DNA from: Eledone cirrhosa
Taxonomy: Eukaryota
Direction of reading: 5' to 3'
DNA length: 64,000 nucleotides
NCBI GenBank assembly: GCA_964016885.1
Contig: OZ024749.1
Coordinates: 17,484,001-17,548,000 of the forward strand
Each line of letters starts with the position of its first letter. Positions within the stretch are counted from its first letter, which is position 1. Made by a program: the position numbers and the translations under genes. Below, piece after piece: positions 44,371-57,409 of the stretch. The notes beneath the pieces are model-generated. The model did not search any database and had not been told where the DNA came from. It worked only from the letters and a program-made list of their open reading frames with translations.

Positions 44371-46375
44371 GGGGACACACAAGAAGGTAGAATGTTAGCA
44401 AATAAATGAATGAATGAATGGATGAATGTACAAACAAGAAAACAGGGGGTTGTTCCCAGCGGAAAGACCCAGAGTTCATTTGAGCATGTTAGCATTTTCT
44501 CATAGAACCTTGTGGCTAAAGGTGAGTCTTTCAATCTTGAAAACATATATGTTGTTATTATTCTCACTGATGATGGAGATGGCTTCCTCTTGTTAATGGT
44601 AGTGGTTGTGTTTGCTGGTAAGATGTTGGTGTATACACATATGTTGTTGTTGTTAATGTCACCGCTGCTCTCGCTGCCTTGCTCTTGTTAATAGTAGTGA
44701 TAATTGTTGGTGCTACCTATATCGGCTGTCAAGCTGACTGCTCTATTAGCTTCTGTGAGTGATGCTCCAATGGCCTTCTTGACCGAAGATGCAGGTCAAT
44801 GGCTTTTAAATAAATATATTCTCTATTTTCTTTTTCTCTTTCTAATCCGATTCAATATCATCAATTGAAAAGACCAATGGAAACATTGTTTCCTTGGTCG
44901 AATCTCATGAGTTCCACTCCACTTGGTAAGAACTGAGATGTTGAGATTTGTTACAAAAAAAAAATCACTAAAATCAAGATACTGGGTTGGTATAACTACC
45001 TGGTTTGTATATGTCTGTTGCGGTGTGGTATATTGTGGTGTGTGTGTGCAGGGTGATGTGTAGTGTAAAGAGGAAATTTTACACACACAGGACCTAGAAG
45101 GGGTGTGTGAGGACTCTACCCCCTACAACCCTCCCAGAAATAAATGGCTGAAGAAAAAGAGAAGAAAGTTGTAAAGTATTTTCAAATGTGAATTATTTTT
45201 TTAAAAAGTCAAAATTTCAACTGTCATGAAAGTACCACCCAACTGTTTTTATTTACACATAAATATAAATATAAACCAGTTACGATTTACAAAATAAACA
45301 TATATAAACACATCAATGTTTTCGGTTTTTTTAAAAATGATGTAGTCATAAGCGTGTCACTGGACATTTGAAGCTTGGTGGAGCCCTTCACTCTCCAGGT
45401 TTGAAAAGGTGATTTCTTCCAGAGAGAGAGAATAAGAGGGAGGAAGTGAGAATTAAAAATATAGAGAGGAAGAACAGACCCCAGTGATAAACTGGTATTG
45501 TTTTAATCAACCTTGAATGGACGAAAGAAAGTTGACCTCAGCAGGATTTAAACTCAGAGAGCAGAGAACCAGGAGAAATATGGCAGAAAGCATTCTATCT
45601 ATTGTTTTATAGACTTTAAATAAATGTTTCTACTTTTGTTTCAAGGCCAGCAATTTGAAGAGGAAGGGGAATGCCAATTAAATCAGGCCCAGTGCATTAC
45701 TGGTATTGTTTTTTATCAACCTTGAATGGATGAAAGTCAAAGTTGACCATGGCATGATTTAAACCCAGAACATAAAGGACTAACTTTATGACACAAAGCA
45801 TATCGTATGACACTCTACTGATTCTGCAAATCCACCACCCTCAACAATGAAATGAGATTGTGTCTCTCTAATAGCCCTTAATGACAAATAATATGAAGGG
45901 GTACTTTCTACAGGTTGTATTTGTTAATTACAATACAAAACCTCTGAGAATGATTTCCAACATATTTCACCATAATAAATGTTCATCAATATATATTAAT
46001 ATTATTATTATTTTCTGCTACCATGTGTAGTGTGCATATTGATATTATACGCAGGTATATATACATGTAGATATGATACATCAAATAAAATCGTAATTGA
46101 CAATATATAATACATAGAAATTGAACGAAGACTGTGTTACACTCTCTTATTTAATCAGTAACGTAATCCAGGTACATTAAAAAAGACGATATTATATATA
46201 AACTGCATTAGGAGAAAATTAGTGACAGAAATATATGAATGTTTATTTAAGCGATGGCTAACCGGAAGTGTTGACATTTCAGAAATTTTAAAGAAGTGAA
46301 TCTTTAAATAAACAAAATATATTTAATCAAGAGCCACAAATTAGTAGATAAATTATGTAATATTCATTCATTATT

Positions 46376-46545
46376 TGGATTGGCAGTATCGGTAGAGGGT
46401 CGGACGCTATGCTTTCCAGCATAGTTACGTCCCTTTACGATCTGAGTTCAAATCCCGCCTTTCATCCTTACGGGGTCAATAAAATAAAGTACCAGTAATG
46501 CACTGGGTAATTGCTGGCCTTGTGCCTAAAGTAGAAACAATTATT
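46376..46545 (+). mobile_element. Nin/Deu-like tRNA SINE (paralog of 2075-2263)
   Basis: GGATTGGCAGTATCGG...GAGTTCAAATCCC...AAAATAAAGTACCAG, with the same downstream flank as 2263. Confidence 0.7.
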
Positions 46546-47006
46546 TATTCAAATATTATAAACCATACACAGTCCTGCGCTCCTTACTTTATTATAGTTT
46601 AGATTTATTAGGTCAGGTGGATTGGCCAGAACAATTCTACTCTTCTTTTTTAGATGTCACGATCTTCCATGGCATTCCTGAGATCATTCATCTCCAGCTG
46701 CACATCCTGATACATCTGATCTATGTAGGTCAATCTCAGTCATCGCTCTAGGGTCTTACAATGTTTAGGTATTCACCACAATAGCCAGCTCATCCTACCC
46801 TCAGCATATTTTATCCTCCGCTCCCTAGTTATTGTGGTAATCTTTGATATATGTCAGTATATTTCTTCCCTTTGATTAATGTATTAAAAAATAAAAATAA
46901 TAAAATTTGGAAGTCAGAATATAAAATGTCAAGCTTCACATTTTATATTCTGACTTCCAAAGTGTGTCTATATATTTGTGTTTTTCATATTTCACAGTGA
47001 TGGGGT

Positions 47007-47766
47007 TTACCGCAAGTGTTGACTACGTAGGTGAACAAACATTGACGAATTCTGAGTGAAAGATTTCCCACATATTTCACAATGGAAGCGTTTTTCTCCA
47101 GTGTGACTCCGTATGTGGGCGACAAGAGCAGAATTATTTATGAAAGATTTACCACATATTTCACAATGGAAGAGTTTTTCACCAGTGTGTATTCTTTTGT
47201 GAGGTTCAAGTTGAGAACTCTGAGAAAACGATTTCCCACATATTTCACAGTGGAAGGGCTTTTCACCAGTGTGTGCTCTTTTGTGTTTTACAAGATTTGA
47301 ACTATTAGAAAATGATTTCCCACATATTTCACAATGGAAGGGATTTTCACCAGTGTGTGTTCTTTTGTGAGGTTCAAGTTGAGAACTCTGAGAAAATGAT
47401 TTCCCACATATTTCACAATGGAAGGGTTTTTCTCCAGTGTGACTCCGTATGTGGACGACAAGATTAGAATTATTTATGAAAGATTTACCACATATTTCAC
47501 AATGGAAGGGCTTTTCACCAGTGTGTGCTCTTTTGTGTTTTACAAGATTTGAACTATTAGAAAATGATTTCCCACATATTTCACAATGGAAGGGATTTTC
47601 ACCAGTGTGTGTTCTTTTGTGAGGTTCAAGTTGAGAACTCTGAGAAAATGATTTCTCACATATTTCACAATGGAAGGGTTTTTCTTCAGTGTATTTTCTC
47701 GTGGGAAGATAGTTTCAGTTTTGAAGAGAAAGTTTTCCTGCAAATCTCACAGCTATATTCAGACAT
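47007..47766 (-). pseudogene. C2H2 zinc-finger gene copy 7 (type A): 9 fingers, single 2-bp frameshift
   Basis: ATG at 47766 gives [26 protein letters not shown] then a stop. Restoring one CA in the linker at ~47690 joins eight uninterrupted fingers ending VHLRSQHLR-stop (TAA 47007-47009). Confidence 0.85.
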
Positions 47767-47902
47767 ATTTCATAAAGGAATCTCACCACTTCCACTCATA
47801 TATTAAGAAATGTAGCATTCAGTTGGTAAAGTAATATGATGTATGAAAGCGTCAGACTGATCTTCGAAGAAGAAAAAGCAAGTGCTAATATATATATATA
47901 TA

Positions 47903-50482
47903 TATCATCATCATCATCGTTTAACGTCCATATTCCACGCTTGCATGGGTTTGGACGGGAGTTTTCCCACTTGAGGCAAGAGTGGTTGTCTTGCTCGCAT
48001 AGGACTCTCTGGCGGGTTTTCTACGGCTGGATGCCCTTCCTAACACCAACCACATTTACAGTGTGGAACTGGGAGGTTTCTACCGTGTTACCTACACGGC
48101 CACATTACAGCGTGGACTGTGTGTTTTTTTGTCGTGACACCTACACAACCTCATTTGTTTCGGCCTGGATGTTGTGGTACCAACATAACTTTACATTGAA
48201 AGGGGCGGTGTGGATGGGGTGGGGGTAGTGGGACGGGGGTGTATTTTGTTAGAGGTGCCTACTGACTGTAGTAGGTTTCACTTTGTATTTAGGTAAGGCG
48301 GGTCTTCTCTATTACTGAGTACCGCCAAAGATCTCGATCCAGTGACATTGTCTTGGAGAGGTGTAAGTGTGTGAGGTCGGAATTTATCAAGTCATCCCAG
48401 GTTTTTCTTGGTCTGCCTACTCCGTGGCTACCGTCTATTTTTATTGCCCTGCACTTTTTTATACAGCTGTCGTCTTTCATGCGCATCACGTGACCATACC
48501 AACGTAGCCTTCTCTCGAGTAAACAACATCTGATCCCTCTTATTTCTAATTTTTCCCTTAGTTCGTTAATGCTTTGCCGTTCACGTATATTACTATTACA
48601 CATTCAGCGGAGCATGCAAGCTTGGTTCTTCTCTAGTCTGCGTATATCCTCTGCACACAATGCCCAGGTCTCACTGCCATGCAACATTGCTGTTCGTATG
48701 CAGGCATCATACAGCCTGCCTTTCATTTTTAGGGAGAACCCTTTAGCGACTAATAGTGGTATAAGCTCTCTGAACTTTTCCCATCCAGTTCTGACTCTAG
48801 CTACTGTACTTTCAGAGCACTCTCCACCACTGCTGATTTTGTCACCCAGGTAACGGAAGCTGTCCACTATTTCTATATTTCATGGCTTGTATAGCTCTCA
48901 CAAGCCATTCATCAACACCTAGTTTTCTAAGAGCGCACCAGATAATGGAACTGGGGACTCTGTCGGAGGCTTTCTCCAAGTCGACAAAAGCTAAGTATAG
49001 GGGTTTACTTTTAGCTAGGTACTTCTCCTGTAGTTGTCGTACAATGAAAAGAGCGTCTGTGGTACTTTTGCCTGACACAAACCCGAACTGCATTTCATCT
49101 AGATCAATTCTCTCTCTGATTAGTTGCGCTATTACTTTTTCCGTGACCTTCATGACCTGGTCGATTAATTTAATACCTCTATAGTTACTCCTATCTAGGG
49201 CATCTCCTTTACCCTCGTAACAGTTAATGATGATGCTGCTACGCCAGTCCTTCGGAACAACCCCATTCTGTATGACTTGGTTTAATATCCGGGTGACCAT
49301 GGTGTGTCCCACCGTTCCAGAGGCTTTCAGCATCTCAGCAACTATTTCCGAAGGCCCAGCCGCCTTACCCGTCTTCATATCTTTGATTGCCTTACTTATT
49401 ATACTACCTTCGACTAACACTGCTGGTCCCTCTATTGGGTTGATGTGGGGGAGACTGTCTTTCTCCCATATATTCTCCTCATTTCGTAGCCTTTCGTAGT
49501 GACACTTCCAAGCTACCTTCTTATCAGCGTCAGTGATGGCAAGTACACCATCATCATTAAGTACACACTTCTCCCCGACAATATCATGGTTTTCCTTGAC
49601 ACATTGCCTAGCAATCCTGAACACCTCACGTTTTTGGTCCTCGCGTTGTAGAACATGCTTGAACTTTCCTCTGCTTCCCTTCTTGCGAAGTACACTTGTC
49701 TCCTAGCTTCCCTCCTGGTCACTTGATAGTCTTCTCTACTTCCCCCATCCCGCCATACTTTCCAAGCCTGCTTTTTTGCCTTAATTGACTCCTCCACCTT
49801 ACTGTTCCACCACCATGTTACTCTCCTCCTGCCTATAGGCCTGCTCCAACCACAGACTTCGTCTGCCGCCATCAGCAGGTTTGCTTTCAGGAATTCCCAC
49901 TGTTCCTCTATATTGTACGACTCTAAATGCTCTTCCTTACTGTCGAAAGCATCAAGTAATATGCTTTTAAATTTATTTCTGGCTGTGGGGTCCTTTAGCT
50001 TCCATATTTTTCTCCTGAGGATAGTCCTCTTCTGCTGTCGAGTATGTCTCGTCCTGACTATGAGGTCGCTAATTATCAGTCTATGTTGGGAGGTGCATTC
50101 TTCAGGGGGGGGGGGGGGGATTTAGTGTTTACAACAGACACTCTGTCACGTCTTCTGGTAAGGATATAATCTACCTGGCTGGTATGTTCCCCTGGTCTGT
50201 AGGTGATCAAGTGATTGTCTCGTTTTTTTAAGTTAGTGTTACAGATAGTTAGGTTATTTGCGTCACAGAATTCCAGGATTCTGGAGCCTTCTGGAGCCTT
50301 CCTCATTTCTAGTACCAAACCCATAGCCTCCGTGGATTCCATCATAGCCGTCACAATGTTGTCCAACGTGACCATTTAGGTCGCCAGCAATAATTATATA
50401 GTCACTGTCGGTTATTTGGGAGGTAGTGAGCATCAGTGTTTCATAGAAACTGTCTTTTATAGCGCCAGGCAGTCCAGATTGG
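47903..50482 (-). mobile_element. RTE LINE family A, internally deleted
   Basis: Endonuclease and RT ORF pieces (IAGDLNGHVG, KAAGPSEI, QFGF, FVDLEKA), 3' UTR and (GAT)n tail. RT domains 4-5 are deleted at ~48878. Confidence 0.9.
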
Positions 50483-51173
50483 GGGGGGGGGTGTATGCAG
50501 ATATGAGGTTTAAGTTGTAACAATGGAGCTGATATAAATGGTAATATTTCACTGTCTAGTTGACACCGCTGTCATGACTTAAAAGTCCCCTACATAATTT
50601 AATACATTCATAAACAACTTCTGTTATGTTAATCACATGTTCAATCAATATGCTAGTAATTTATTCAGATTTGTATAAATAACATTATTAATTTTACATA
50701 ACTGTTTATATTAAAACGAAACACAATATTTAAGGTAATAAAACATTTAAAAAATGGAAATGAAAAGATGAAAAACAAAAAGATTAGAGACATGTGGAAT
50801 GATGTCTTGGTTAAGGACACAATGTACCTCCCTTTGAAAACATTATATTACAATATGATGTATGACTTCACTATAAAATATATATGTGTTTGTATACATA
50901 TATATAGTATATATGTGTGTATACATTGTCTCGTTCCATGAGAGTAACTGGGTCAACCTATGAACTCCTTATCCGACCCTTCTATATGTATATACATGTT
51001 TGTCAGTGTGTGTGTACATATGTATATAGAATATTGTCACAACTACTATATACACCACATATACACTATATATAATATTGTCCAATATATATAGACTATA
51101 TGTCATGTTGTCCAAGGGACAGGCTGATATAGATCGGTACCAGTGACATTACAAGTATTATATACACTATATA

Positions 51174-54100
51174 TCATCATCATCATTATTGTTTAACATC
51201 TATCTTCCAAGCTAGCATGGGTTAGACGGGAATTGTCCCACTTGAGGCAAGATTGATCAGGTGACCATGTCTCGCTCAAATAGGACTGTATCTGGCATGT
51301 TTTCTACGGCTGGATGCTATTCCTAACACCAACCACATTTCCAGTGTAGACTGGGAGTCTTTTCTTCATAACACCTACACAACCTCTTTAGTTTGGACTG
51401 GATGTTGTGGTACCAACATAACTTTACAGAGACAGGGTGGTGTTGGTGGGAATGGGAGGCTGGAATAGGATGTGTGGGTTGGGTGTATATTTGGTTAGGA
51501 GGGGCCTACTGACTGTAGGTTAACTTTGCACGTAGGGAAGGCAGGTCTTCTCTGTTACTGCATGGCACCATATATCTCAATAAAGTGATATTGTCTAAGA
51601 GAGGCGTAAGTGTGCAAGGTTGTATTTTATGTCATCCCATGTTTTTCTGGGTCAACCTACTCCGTAACTTCCATCAATTTTAATCACCCTGCACTTTTTA
51701 TAAAGCTGTCGCCTTTCATGCACATCAGGTGACCATACCAACGTAATCTTTGCTCAAGTAAACAGCATCTGATCCCTCTTATTCCTAATTCTCACTTAGT
51801 TCGTTTATGCATGCTTCGTTCCTTTCCAATCTGCGCAGGTCCTCTGCACACAATGCCCATGTCTCACTGCCATGTAACATTGTTGTTCGTATGCATGCAT
51901 CATACAATCTGCCTTTCATTTTTAGTGAGAAACATTTTGCGTCTAGCAGCGGTATTAATTCTCTGAGCTTTTTCTATCCCATTCTAACTATGGCTACTTT
52001 ATTTCAGAGCACCCTCCACCACTGCTGATTTTGTCACCCAGGCAACGGAAAGTGTCCACTATTTCTATAGAACCATCTGGGCAGTAGAAGGTGCTAATAT
52101 CCTGTGGGTACTTGCTGCTTATTTCACATGAGCATCGGCTACATATAAAATCTACATTCTTAGATAGCTTACCTGAAATTTCACTATATTTGTTATGTAC
52201 CCATAGTTTGCATTTGGGACATAGAAATCGAATTTCTACCTACTCCTTTCCTACACATTGAGCATGGCACCAGTGCCCTATTTTCTTTTCTACATACTAG
52301 ACCTTTAGTCTTAGACAAGTTAACTTTAAGGCCTTTTGATTCAAGGCCATGCCTCCATTTTGGGAATTTCTTCTCTAGTTCAACCATTCTTCTATGAGAG
52401 TTAGAGCATCTGCATATAGAAGTTCCCATGGGCAGCTGGTCTTAAACCCCTCTGTTATAGCCTGAAGGGCAATAATAAACGGGAGGACGCTAAGGATGGG
52501 GCCTTGCTGAATACCTACTTTTACGCTAAATTCTTCACTATATTCATTGTTAATTCTAACCTTGCTGATTGTTCCTCTATACATGGCTTGTATAGCTCTC
52601 ACAAGCCATTCATCTACTCCGACTTTTCTAAGGGCTCACCAAATAATGGAGTGGGGGACTCTGTCAAAGGCTTTCTCCAAGTCAACAAAAGCTAAGTATG
52701 AGGGGTTTACTTTTAGCTTGCTACTTCTCCTGTAGATGCTGTACAAGGAAAAAAGCATCTGTGGTACTTTTTACATGGCATGAACCCAAACTGCATTTCA
52801 TCTAGATCAATTCGATCTCTGATTAGTTGTGCAATAACTCTTTCTGTGACCTTCATGACCTGGTCAACTACCTTAATGCCTCTATAGTTTCCCCTACCTA
52901 GGGCATCTCCTTTACGCTCGTAGCAGTTAACGATGATGCTGCTATGCCAGTCATCTGGTATGACCCCATTCTGTATTATTTGGTTTACTATCTGGGTGTT
53001 CATAGTATGTCCCACCATTCCAGATGCTTTCAACATCTCAACAACTAACTCCGTAGGCTCAGCTGCATTGCCTGTCTTCATATCTTTGATTGCCTTACTT
53101 ATTATACTACGATTAACTTGCACCGCTGGTCCCTCTATTGGATTAATTTGGGGCAGACTATCTTTTTCCCATTTATTCTCCTCATTTAGCAGTCTCTCGT
53201 AGTGACACTTCCAAGCTACCTTCTTATCAGTATCAGTGAGGGCAAGTACACCATCATCATTACGGACACACTTCTCCCTGACAATATCACGGTTTTCCTT
53301 GACACTTTATTTTGTGATCCTGAACACCTCACGGTTTTGGTCCTCACATTTTAGAACATCCTATCCTCTGCTTCCCTTCTTGCAAAGTACACTTTTCTCC
53401 TAGCTTCTCTCCTGGCCACTTGATAGTGTTCTCTACTTCCCCCATACTTTCCAAGTCTGCTTTTTGGCCCTTATTATATCCTCCACCTTACTGTTCCACC
53501 TCCAAGTTACTCCTGCCTATAGGTCTGCTCCAGCCACAGATTTCATCCATTGCTTTCAGCAGATTCACTTTCAAGATTTGCCACTTTTCCTCTATATTGC
53601 ACGTCTCTAATTGCTCTTCCTTATTGTCAAAGGCATCAAGTAATAAGCTTTTAAATTTGTCACTGGCTATGGGGTCCTTCAACTTCCATATCCTTCTCCT
53701 CAAGGTAGTCCTCCTCTGTCGTTGATTACGTCTATTACTGACTATGAGGTCACTAACTACTAGGCTACGTTGGGAGGTGAATTCTTCACGGGGGAGTGAT
53801 TTAGTGTTTACAGTAAGGATATAATCTATCTGGCTGGCGTGTTCGCCTGATCTATAAGTGATCAAGTGGTTTTCTCGTTTTTTAAAGTTTGTGTTACAGA
53901 TAGTTAGGTTATTAGCGTCACAAAATTCCAGGATCCTGAAGCCTTCCTCATTTCTAGTACCAAACCCATAGCCTCCATGGATTCCAGCATATCCATCACA
54001 ACGTTGTCCAACGTGACCATTTAGGTCACCAGCAATAATTATGTAGTCCCTGTGGTTTATTTGGGAGGAAGTGAACATTAGCAAATCATAGAACCTGTCT

Positions 54101-55583
54101 TTTATAACGTCAAGTAAGCCAGATTGGGGTGTATAAGCAGATATTATTGTCATAGTTGTTCTATTTAGAACGAGTCTTATTTTAATTATTCTGTCGTTCA
54201 CTCTATTTATGGCAATTACCTTATCTATCCATTTCTCTGCTAACATAATTCCTACTCCACCCAGCCCTTTGTCATTTCCCACCCAGAGAGGTTTATTTAT
54301 AGCATTGTTTTTACCCACACACTCCGATCTGTCATCTGGTGGTCACTAAGGAAGCTAGGTGTTGAGGAATTGCTTGTGAGGACAGTGCAAACTTTGTACA
54401 GAGGTACTCTCAGTAAAGTCAGGGTAGGAATGGAGTTTAGTGAGGAATTCCAGATACAAGTAGGAGTACATCAAGGTTCGGTCCTCAGCCCACTCTTGTT
54501 CATTATAGTCCTCCAAGCCATAACAGAGGAGTTTAAGACTGGCTGTCCGTGGGAACTTCTCTATGCTGATGATCTGGTTCTTATAGCAGAATCAGTAGAG
54601 GAGCTAGAGAATAAATTCTGGCTATGGAAACAGCAGTTGGAAGCAAGAGGACTGAGAGTGAACCTAGCTAAGACAAAAGCGTTGATGAGTAGAAAAGAGG
54701 ACAAAACTCTGATTCCGTCAGGGAAATGGCCATGTTCGATATGGAGAAAAGGAACTGGCATAAATTCTATAAAATGCACACAATGCAGATCCTGGGTACA
54801 CAAGAGATGTAGCGGGATAGCAGGCAAACTAACAGGTAGGGAGGAATATGTATGCAGTAGATGTACAGGGAAATTAGACAGTAGAAGTCGCATTGATAGA
54901 CACATTTTTCAAATGCAGGAGGGGGCTATAGAAGTGGTAGATAGCTTCCGGTACCTAGGAGATCAGATTAGCATGGGAGGAGGGTGTTCCGAGGCCATAG
55001 AATCTAGAATAAGGACGGGTTGGAAGAAGTTTAGGGAGCTGCTTCCTCTGTTGACGAAGAAGGGTTTCTCCCTGCGTACGAAAGGGCGGTTGTATGATGC
55101 CTGTGTGAGGAGCGCGATGCTGCATGGTAGTGAGACATGGGCAGCAACTGCAGAGGATATGCGATGGCTGGAGAGAAATGAGGCAAGCATGTTCCGTTGG
55201 ATGTGCAGTGTAAATGTGCGTGAACGACCCAGCATAAATGTGTTGAGAGAGAAACTGTGTCTGAGAGGGATAGAATGTAGTGTACGGGAGAGGAGACTGA
55301 AGTGGTATGGACATGTGATGCGCATGGAGGATGACCAATGGGTGAAGAAGTGCCAGGTAATACCAGTTGAAGGAAGACGTGGTAGAGGTAGACCACGAAA
55401 AACATGGGCGGAGGTGGTGAGAACAGACCTCAGATCACGGTGGAGATGACGAAGGACCGTGACAAGTGGAGAGATGCTGTGCTGAATAAGACCCGTCCCA
55501 CCCTTGCAAGCAGGGAAAAGCGGACGTAAAATGATGATGATGATGATGATGATGACGACACCCCTCCACCAACTTTCTTGAAC
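51174..55583 (-). mobile_element. RTE LINE family A, degenerate, interrupted at 54323-55557
   Basis: Paralog of 22895-26072 with the same flanks; endonuclease ORF 53488-54318 and RT remnants. Confidence 0.88.
54323..55557 (+). mobile_element. RTE LINE family B, 5'-truncated, nested antisense in family A
   Basis: 359-aa ORF with GVHQGSVLSPLLF, LLYADDL, WPCSI...CTQCRSWVHKRC and RLKWYGHVMR; (GAT)n tail. Short ACAC duplication compared with the empty site at ~20027-20042. Confidence 0.92.
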
Positions 55584-57409
55584 ATATATATATATATGAT
55601 TTCTCTCTATATATATATATACTACATACAAACAATATATAATGTTGTCCAAAGGAATGGCTGAAACAGGTTAACACCAATGATGTCACAGCTCATCATT
55701 TAATGTCCAATCTGATGAGTTCCACTCCACTTGCTGAGGTCTGGGATGTTGAGATTTGTTACAAAAATATCACTAAAACCAAGATATTGTGGTGTGGTGT
55801 AGTATGTGTTGGATGTGGTTTGGTATGATGTGTCTGTTGTGTGGGATAGGGTGTGTATTGTGGTGTTTTGATGTGGTGTGTGTGTGTGCAGAGAGATGTG
55901 TTGTTGTGAGTGTAGTGTATAGGAGAAATTTTACAAACATAGGAACTAGAAGGGGTGTGTGAGGAGTCTACCCCCTACAACCCTCTCAGAAATGAGTGAA
56001 GAAAAAGAGGAGAAAGTTGTAAAGTATTTTCAAATGTGAATTATTTTTTTAAAAAGTCATAATTTGAACTGTCATGAAAGTACCATCTAACAAATATTAA
56101 AGTTATAAAATTGTTTTTATTTACACATGTGGATATTTCGTCACAAATATAAATATAAACCAGTTAAGGATTACAAAATAAACACATAAACCTTTTGTTT
56201 TGTTTTTCTTGAACTGATGAAGACATGGGGGTGTCACTGTGGACATTTGAAGCTTGGTGGAGTCCTTCACTCTCCAGGTTGGAACAGTTGGTTTCTTCCA
56301 GAGAAGGAGAGAGAATGAGAGAGAGGAAGTGAGAAAGAAATATAGAGAGGAAGAACAGACCCCTGTGGTAGACTGGTACTTTTTTGTTATCAACCTTGAA
56401 TGGATGAAAGGCAAAGTTGACCTCAGCAGAATTTAAACACAGAGCAGAGAACCAGAACAAATATGTTTTATAGACTTAAATAACTGTTTCTACTTTTAAC
56501 TCAAGGTCAGTAATTGGAAGGGAAGGAGAAAGTTGATTAAATCAACTCCAGTGCATTACTGGTATTTGAATTTATTGAACCTGTGAGGAAGAAAAGTAAA
56601 GCTAACTCAGCAGGATTTTAACACAGGATGTAAAGGGATGGAACTATATGACACGAAGCATATCGTCTGACGCTCTACTGATTTTGCAAAACCAGCCTCA
56701 ACAATGAAATGAGATTGTGTCTCTATAAGAAACCTTAATAATAAATAATATGAGGTGGAACTTCCTACAAAGAGTATTTGTGGATTACAATACAAAACCT
56801 CTGAGAATGATTTCCAACATATTTCACATTTAATATTTCATATTTAATACATTTTAGAAACAACTTCCGTTATGTTAATTCACACCTTCAATCAATATGC
56901 TAGTAATTTATTCAGATTTGTATAAATAACATTATTAATTTTACATAACTGTTCATATTAAAACAAAACACATTATTAAAGGTAATAAAACATTTAAAAA
57001 ATGGAAATGAAAAAATGAAAAACAAAAACATGAGAGACATGTGGAATGATGTGTCTTGCTTAAGGACACAATGTACCTCCCTTTGAAAACATTATATTAA
57101 ATATGCTTTAAGACTTCACTATAAAATATATATGTATTTGTATACATATATATAGTATATATTTGTGTGTATACATTGTCTCATTCCATCAGAGTAACTT
57201 GGTCAGTCTATGAACTCCTCATCCGACCCTTCTATATGTATATACATGTTTGTCAGTGTGTGTGTGTACATATGTATATAGAATATTGTCACATCTACTA
57301 TATACACCACATATACACTATATACAATATTGTGCAATATGTCATGTTGTCCAAGGGCTAATATAGATCGGCACCAACGACATTACAACTATTTTATACA
57401 CTATATCTA

